A DNA stretch of 64,000 nucleotides from Oscillospiraceae bacterium (GTDB lineage: Bacteria; Bacillota; Clostridia; UBA1212; UBA1255), in assembly GCA_015069165.1 (NCBI GenBank), contig SVJD01000001.1, positions 57,485 through 121,484 of the forward strand, written 5' to 3'. The notes under the pieces are model-generated. The model made no database searches. It worked only from the letters and a program-made list of their open reading frames with translations, and was not told the DNA's origin. Made by a program: the position numbers and the translations under genes. This document shows positions 59,322-64,000 of this stretch, piece after piece; position 1 is the first letter of the stretch; each line of letters opens with the position of its first letter.

Positions 59322-61058
59322 ATGGCAACGCCAATTATTATGCCCCGTCAGGGCCAATCAGTTGAAAGCTGTATTATTTCTAATTGGGCCAAGAAAGTTG
59401 GAGACAAAGTTGCAGTAGGCGACACATTATTCACTTATGAAACCGACAAAGCTACGTTCGACGAAGAAGCAAAAGTTGAAGGTACTATGTTGGTTCATTT
59501 TTTTGATGAAGGTGACGATGTTCCTTGTCTTACAAACGTTTGCGTTATCGGTAACGACGGCGAAGACTTTTCTGCATTTTCTCCCAACGGTGCTGTAGCT
59601 GCTCCCGCTGCAGTAGAAGCACCTGCTGCCCCCGCTGCACCTGCAGCTCCTGTTGCTGCCGCACCTGCTCCTGCAGCTCCGGTAGGATCCAAATCAAATG
59701 CAAATCCTGTTATTATGCCCCGTCAGGGACAATCAGTTGAAAGCTGCATTATTTCAAAGTGGAATGTTAAAGTAGGCGATCAAGTTAAAGTCGGCGACAA
59801 TCTTTTCACTTATGAAACAGACAAAGCTACATTTGATGAAGAATCAAAATTCGAAGGAACAGTTCTTGCAATCTTCTTCGCTGAAGGCGATGACGTTCCT
59901 TGCCTTACAAATGTTTGCGTTATCGGTGCTCCCAATGACACTTTTGCAGAGTTCGATCCTAACGCATCAGCAGCACCTGTTGAAGCTGCTCCCGCTACTG
60001 CAGAAGCGCCCGTAGCTCAAGCTCCGGTTGCACAAGCAGCTGCTCCCGCTCCCGTAGTAAACAACGAGGGCAAAATATTTATTTCACCCAGAGCTAAAAA
60101 TTGTGCTGAAAGAGCCGGCGTTAATCCCGCATTCATCGCAGGTACAGGCCCTTACGGCAGAATTATTGAAAGCGACGTTAAAAACTTCATCGCAGCCGGC
60201 GGTAATACTACATACGCAGCAAGCGGTGTTGCACAAGCTGACATGAACGCTACAGGTTTCGCAGGAAAAATTTCCGTTGCAGACCTTAACGCTCCTAAAG
60301 CTCCCGCAGAAGCTGCTCCTTCAGTTGCTCCTGTTGCAGAAGCTCCTAAGAGCGATGCTGATTTCGAAGATGTTAAGATTCCGAATATCCGTAAAGTTAT
60401 TTCCAAATCAATGCATGCTTCCCTTTCAACAATGGCTCAGCTCACACTCAACGCTTCTTTCGATGCAACAAATATCCTTGCATTCAGAAAACAGCTTAAA
60501 GAGAACAAAGACAAGCTCGGTCTTAACAACATCACAATCAACGACATTATCATCTACGCTGTATCAAGAACAATTCTTGCTCACAAAGATCTTAATGCAA
60601 ACTTCATTAACGATGGTACAACAATGCGTTACTTCAAAAACGCACACATCGGTGTTGCTGTTGATACTCCCAGAGGTCTTATGGTTCCCACAGTGATGGA
60701 TGCTAACCTTAAATCACTCAATGATATTTCCGCAGAGGCTAAAAAGCTCGCAACAGATGCTCAGGCAGGAACAATCAACCCTGACCTTCTCAAAGGCGGC
60801 ACATTTACAATTACAAACCTCGGTACAATGGGAATTGAGTCATTTACACCTGTTATCAATCCTCCTCAAACAGGAATTCTCGGTGTTAATACTCTTGAAA
60901 CACGCGTTAAAAATGTTAACGGTGAGATGAAAATGTATCAAGCAATGACACTTTCTCTTACATTCGACCACAGAGCATTGGACGGCGCTCCGGCTGCCAG
61001 ATTCCTCCAAGACCTCTGCAAGAATCTTGAGAATTTCACAATGCTTTTGATTAAATAA
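59322..61058 (+). CDS. 2-oxo acid dehydrogenase E2 (dihydrolipoamide acetyltransferase) with two lipoyl domains
   Basis: Two xETDKA lipoyl-lysine motifs are present, joined by Ala/Pro-rich linkers. A peripheral subunit-binding domain follows, and the catalytic DHRxxDG motif appears as TFDHRALDGA. Confidence 0.85.
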   Translation: MATPIIMPRQGQSVESCIISNWAKKVGDKVAVGDTLFTYETDKATFDEEAKVEGTMLVHFFDEGDDVPCLTNVCVIGNDGEDFSAFSPNGAVAAPAAVEAPAAPAAPAAPVAAAPAPAAPVGSKSNANPVIMPRQGQSVESCIISKWNVKVGDQVKVGDNLFTYETDKATFDEESKFEGTVLAIFFAEGDDVPCLTNVCVIGAPNDTFAEFDPNASAAPVEAAPATAEAPVAQAPVAQAAAPAPVVNNEGKIFISPRAKNCAERAGVNPAFIAGTGPYGRIIESDVKNFIAAGGNTTYAASGVAQADMNATGFAGKISVADLNAPKAPAEAAPSVAPVAEAPKSDADFEDVKIPNIRKVISKSMHASLSTMAQLTLNASFDATNILAFRKQLKENKDKLGLNNITINDIIIYAVSRTILAHKDLNANFINDGTTMRYFKNAHIGVAVDTPRGLMVPTVMDANLKSLNDISAEAKKLATDAQAGTINPDLLKGGTFTITNLGTMGIESFTPVINPPQTGILGVNTLETRVKNVNGEMKMYQAMTLSLTFDHRALDGAPAARFLQDLCKNLENFTMLLIK

Positions 61059-61075
61059 GAAAGAGGTGCATTTAC

Positions 61076-62446
61076 ATGGTATATGATTTAATCGTTATCG
61101 GTGGCGGACCGGCCGGATATCTTGCAGCAGAGCGCGCAGGACATGCAGGCCTCAACACACTCCTTATCGAGAAAAGATTTATCGGCGGTGTTTGCCTTAA
61201 TGAAGGTTGTATTCCTTCAAAAGCTCTTCTCTACTCCGCTAAAATCTTTGACGGTGCTGCTCACGGCGAGAAATACGGTGTTTCCGTAAAAGACATTAAA
61301 CTCGACCACAATTTCGTAGTTGAGCGTAAAAACAAAGTTGTTAACACTCTCGTTAGCGGTATCAAATCAAAACTCAAAAAGAACAAAGTTACTGTTGTTA
61401 TGGCAGAAGGTAAAATTGCAGGCAGAACAGCTGAAGGTTTCAATGTTACTGCAGGCGACCAGACATACACAGGCGCTAAACTCTTAATAGCTACAGGTTC
61501 AGTACCTGTAACTCCTCCGATTCCCGGTGTTAAAGAAGGACTTGAGTCAGGTTTCGTAGTAACAAACCGCGAAATCCTTGACCTCAAAGAAGTTCCTGAG
61601 AAATTCACAATTATCGGCGGCGGCGTTATCGGTCTCGAAATGGCATCATACTTCAATACAGCAGGTTCAAAAGTTACTGTTATTGAAATGATGGACAAAA
61701 TCGCAGGACCTACTGACAGAGAAATCTCTGAAATACTCCTCAAAAACTACCAGAAAAAAGGTATTACTTTCAATCTCGGTTGTAAAGTTGTTGGGGTTGA
61801 GCCCGGTAAAGTTCTCTATGAGCTCGAAGGCAAAACATACGAAGTTCCCTCTGATAAAGTTCTTCTCAGTATCGGCAGACGTGCTTTCACAGAAGGTCTC
61901 GGACTCGAAACAATCGGTGTTGAAACTGAAAGAGGAAAAATCAAAACTGATAACAAAGGACGCACAAACATTGCCGGTGTTTATGCTACAGGTGACGTTA
62001 ACGGTTATTCAATGCTTGCACACACAGCATACCGTGAAACAGAAGTAGCTATTAACGATATTCTCGGCATTAAGGATACAATGCGTTACAATGCTATCCC
62101 TTCTGTAATTTACACTAACCCTGAAGTTGCAGGTGTTGGCGAAACAGAAGAAACAGCAAAAGCTAAAGGTATTGATTATGAGGTAGCTAAACTTTCAATG
62201 ATGTACTCAGGCAGATACGTTGCTGAAAATGAAGGCGGAGATGGTATCATCAAAGTTCTCATTAACAAGAAATACAGAAACGTTATCGGCGTACACATGA
62301 TTGGTAACTATTCTTCAGAGATTATATACGGTGCAGGTATCATGATTGAAACAGAAATGCCTGTTAAAGATATCAAAAAGCTCGTATTCCCTCACCCTTC
62401 AGTATGCGAAGTAATTCGTGAAGGTATTTTCGAATTTAACGACTAA
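61076..62446 (+). CDS. lpd: Dihydrolipoyl dehydrogenase (E3)
   Basis: The FAD site is GGGPAGY, the redox disulfide is GGVCLNEGCIPSK, and the C-terminal HPS motif is HPSVCE. Confidence 0.9.
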   Translation: MVYDLIVIGGGPAGYLAAERAGHAGLNTLLIEKRFIGGVCLNEGCIPSKALLYSAKIFDGAAHGEKYGVSVKDIKLDHNFVVERKNKVVNTLVSGIKSKLKKNKVTVVMAEGKIAGRTAEGFNVTAGDQTYTGAKLLIATGSVPVTPPIPGVKEGLESGFVVTNREILDLKEVPEKFTIIGGGVIGLEMASYFNTAGSKVTVIEMMDKIAGPTDREISEILLKNYQKKGITFNLGCKVVGVEPGKVLYELEGKTYEVPSDKVLLSIGRRAFTEGLGLETIGVETERGKIKTDNKGRTNIAGVYATGDVNGYSMLAHTAYRETEVAINDILGIKDTMRYNAIPSVIYTNPEVAGVGETEETAKAKGIDYEVAKLSMMYSGRYVAENEGGDGIIKVLINKKYRNVIGVHMIGNYSSEIIYGAGIMIETEMPVKDIKKLVFPHPSVCEVIREGIFEFND

Positions 62447-62475
62447 GATTATATAAAAGAAAGAGGTAAGATTTT

Positions 62476-64000
62476 ATGCCAAAATCACAATTTATTGATC
62501 AAAAGACAGTAAGAAAAAGCGGCTGGATAAAATATCAGGATACTCCTGTTAACCAGTATAAGAAAACTATCGAAGAAGAGAAAGCTAACTACACTAAAGA
62601 AGAATTTCTCCGTATTTACAGAGATATGTTTATCATCCGTGAATTCGAAATGATGCTCAACAGCATTAAAACAACAAGTGAATACAATGGTATTCAGTAC
62701 AGCCACCCCGGACCGGCTCACCTTTCAATCGGTCAGGAAGCTTCTGCAGTAGGTCAGGCTTACTTGTTGGATACAAACGACTGGATTTTCGGTTCACACA
62801 GAAGCCACGGCGAAATCCTCGCTAAAGGTCTTTCTGCAATTGAGAAACTCAGCGACAAAGAGCTCATGAAAATCATGGAAGACTATTTTGACGGCTCAAT
62901 TCTCAAAATCGTTCAAAAAGACCAAACAACAGTTAAAGAACTCGCTATCGACTTCTTGATGTATGGTACACTTGCAGAAATTTTCGCAAGAGAGACAGGT
63001 TTCCACAAAGGTCTCGGCGGATCAATGCACGCATTCTTCTGCCCCTTCGGTATCTATCCTAACAACGCTATCGTTGGTGGTAGTGCAACAATCGCTACAG
63101 GTTCTGCTTTGTTTAAGAAAGTTAACAGAAAACCCGGTATCGTAATCGCTAACATCGGTGACGGTTCAATGGGCCGCGGTCCTGTTTGGGAAGCTATGGC
63201 ATTTGCTACAATGGATCAGTACAAGAAACTTTGGGAAGGCGATATGCAAGGAGGACTCCCCCTCATATTTAACTTCTACAACAACCAATACGCAATGGGC
63301 GGACAAACAAACGGAGAAACAATGGGTTACGAAATCCTCGCAAGAATGGGCGCAGGCGTTAACCCTGAGCAAATGCATTCAGAGCGCGTTGACGGTTACA
63401 ATCCGTTGGCAGTTATCGATGCTATCCGCAGAAAGAAAGAAATTCTCGCTCAGAAGAAAGGTCCTGTACTTCTCGATACTCTTACATACAGAACAACAGG
63501 TCACTCACCTTCAGATGCTTCAAGCTACAGAACAAAAGAAGAGATCGACATGTGGTTTGAGGGCAACTCAGTTAATGAGTACAAAAACAAACTCATCAAA
63601 GCTAAAGTTGCTACTGCAAAAGAATTCGACGCTATCGACAAGAGCTGCATAGAACTCATCACAAAGATTTGCGCTATGTCTGTTGATACAACAATTTCAC
63701 CTCGTATGGACTTCATCAAGAATCCTCGTCAATTGGAAGACCTTATGTTCTCTAACCAGAAGATTGCTAAAATGGAAGACCGCGAGCCCGACGTTCTTAT
63801 GCCTAAAGAAGAGAACCCGAGAGTTCAGCAGATTGCTAAGAAAGAAAGATATGCTTTCGATGCAAACGGCAAACCTTTCTCAAAACTTAAAACATACAAC
63901 TACAGAGATGCTATCTTTGAGCCTATCATGGATAAATTCTATGAAGATCCTACATTAATTGCATACGGTGAAGAAAACAGAGACTGGGGCGGCGCTTTCG
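62476..64000 (+). CDS. TPP-dependent E1 component, fused alpha-beta type (3' partial, continues past window)
   Basis: An AAGAGGT ribosome-binding site precedes the start. TPP motifs are SIGQEA...GDGSMGRG. After about 460 aa the sequence continues into a beta-subunit-like N-terminus (LIAYGEENRDWGGAF) in the same frame with no stop. It is absent from the ORF track because there is no stop within the window. Confidence 0.7.
   Translation, partial: MPKSQFIDQKTVRKSGWIKYQDTPVNQYKKTIEEEKANYTKEEFLRIYRDMFIIREFEMMLNSIKTTSEYNGIQYSHPGPAHLSIGQEASAVGQAYLLDTNDWIFGSHRSHGEILAKGLSAIEKLSDKELMKIMEDYFDGSILKIVQKDQTTVKELAIDFLMYGTLAEIFARETGFHKGLGGSMHAFFCPFGIYPNNAIVGGSATIATGSALFKKVNRKPGIVIANIGDGSMGRGPVWEAMAFATMDQYKKLWEGDMQGGLPLIFNFYNNQYAMGGQTNGETMGYEILARMGAGVNPEQMHSERVDGYNPLAVIDAIRRKKEILAQKKGPVLLDTLTYRTTGHSPSDASSYRTKEEIDMWFEGNSVNEYKNKLIKAKVATAKEFDAIDKSCIELITKICAMSVDTTISPRMDFIKNPRQLEDLMFSNQKIAKMEDREPDVLMPKEENPRVQQIAKKERYAFDANGKPFSKLKTYNYRDAIFEPIMDKFYEDPTLIAYGEENRDWGGAF

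Noticed and set aside
59495-59692. A minus-strand ORF of poly-Ala/Gly (MDPTGAAGAGAAATGAAGAAGAAG...).
   Set aside because: It is the antisense of the Ala/Pro-rich inter-lipoyl linker of E2.
63158-63958. ORF-track plus-strand ORFs 63158-63652 and 63683-63958.
   Set aside because: They are out of frame with the real E1 alpha/beta CDS that starts at 62476 in frame 1 and remains open to 64000.

Overview
This is a low-GC, Firmicutes-style chromosome segment of roughly 38-42% GC (judged by eye). It uses AGGAGG-type ribosome-binding sites, TTG and GTG alternative start codons, and T-box leaders, and it looks like a Clostridia (Oscillospiraceae/Ruminococcaceae-like) gut or rumen organism. The window splits into an accessory left edge and a mostly housekeeping remainder.

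**Accessory left edge (1-7.4 kb).** The composition here is mosaic.
- A four-gene, co-directional, tightly packed operon (63-3724, minus strand) encodes an XRE regulator, a Mrr-like PD-(D/E)xK nuclease fused to a DUF2075 SF1 helicase, a NUDIX hydrolase and an AlbA_2/Schlafen-core protein. This is the best candidate for an undescribed defence-type system in the window.
- A GC-rich (~60%) Mn-catalase/CotJC gene carries a 1-nt frameshift in a T4 tract near its 5' end.
- A DUF4365-like nuclease gene follows, then an orphan bidirectional terminator.
- A tRNA 3'-end fragment sits at 6196-6223, consistent with an island boundary or attachment-site remnant.
- A very AT-rich (~25% GC) bacterial-type PARG macrodomain gene lies behind a textbook sigma-A promoter.

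**Housekeeping and metabolic genes.**
- Membrane/transport and sugar genes:
  - GLUG-repeat secreted protein and lipoprotein
  - TrkA/TrkH
  - CDF transporter
  - GH36 alpha-galactosidase
  - sugar-catabolism cluster (FGGY kinase, isomerase, amidohydrolase, two YjbQ, TIM)
  - tRNA-Leu(UAG)
- Regulatory and biosynthetic genes:
  - T-box-regulated operon led by a LeuA homologue that has lost its catalytic DTTLRDGEQ and HxH motifs but kept the allosteric C-terminal domain; the downstream genes are a TIM-barrel/acyl-CoA-ligase fusion, a MaoC dehydratase and an ACT-ACT-MBL protein
  - second T-box controlling a PaaK-like aryl-CoA ligase plus an ACT protein, possibly for aromatic amino-acid synthesis from arylacetates
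  - YdjG/H/I-like SPFH, zinc-ribbon and TPM triad
  - amino-acid ABC transporter whose permease is fused to a large GH2-like ectodomain
- Remaining housekeeping genes:
  - ftsY-smc
  - desulfoferrodoxin fused to a BFD-like domain
  - M20 dipeptidase
  - two tandem paralogous lipoproteins
  - pyruvate/acetoin-dehydrogenase-like cluster in E2-E3-(fused E1 alpha/beta) order, behind a promoter with a perfect 10-bp palindromic operator

No CRISPR array, integrase or transposase lies inside the window.
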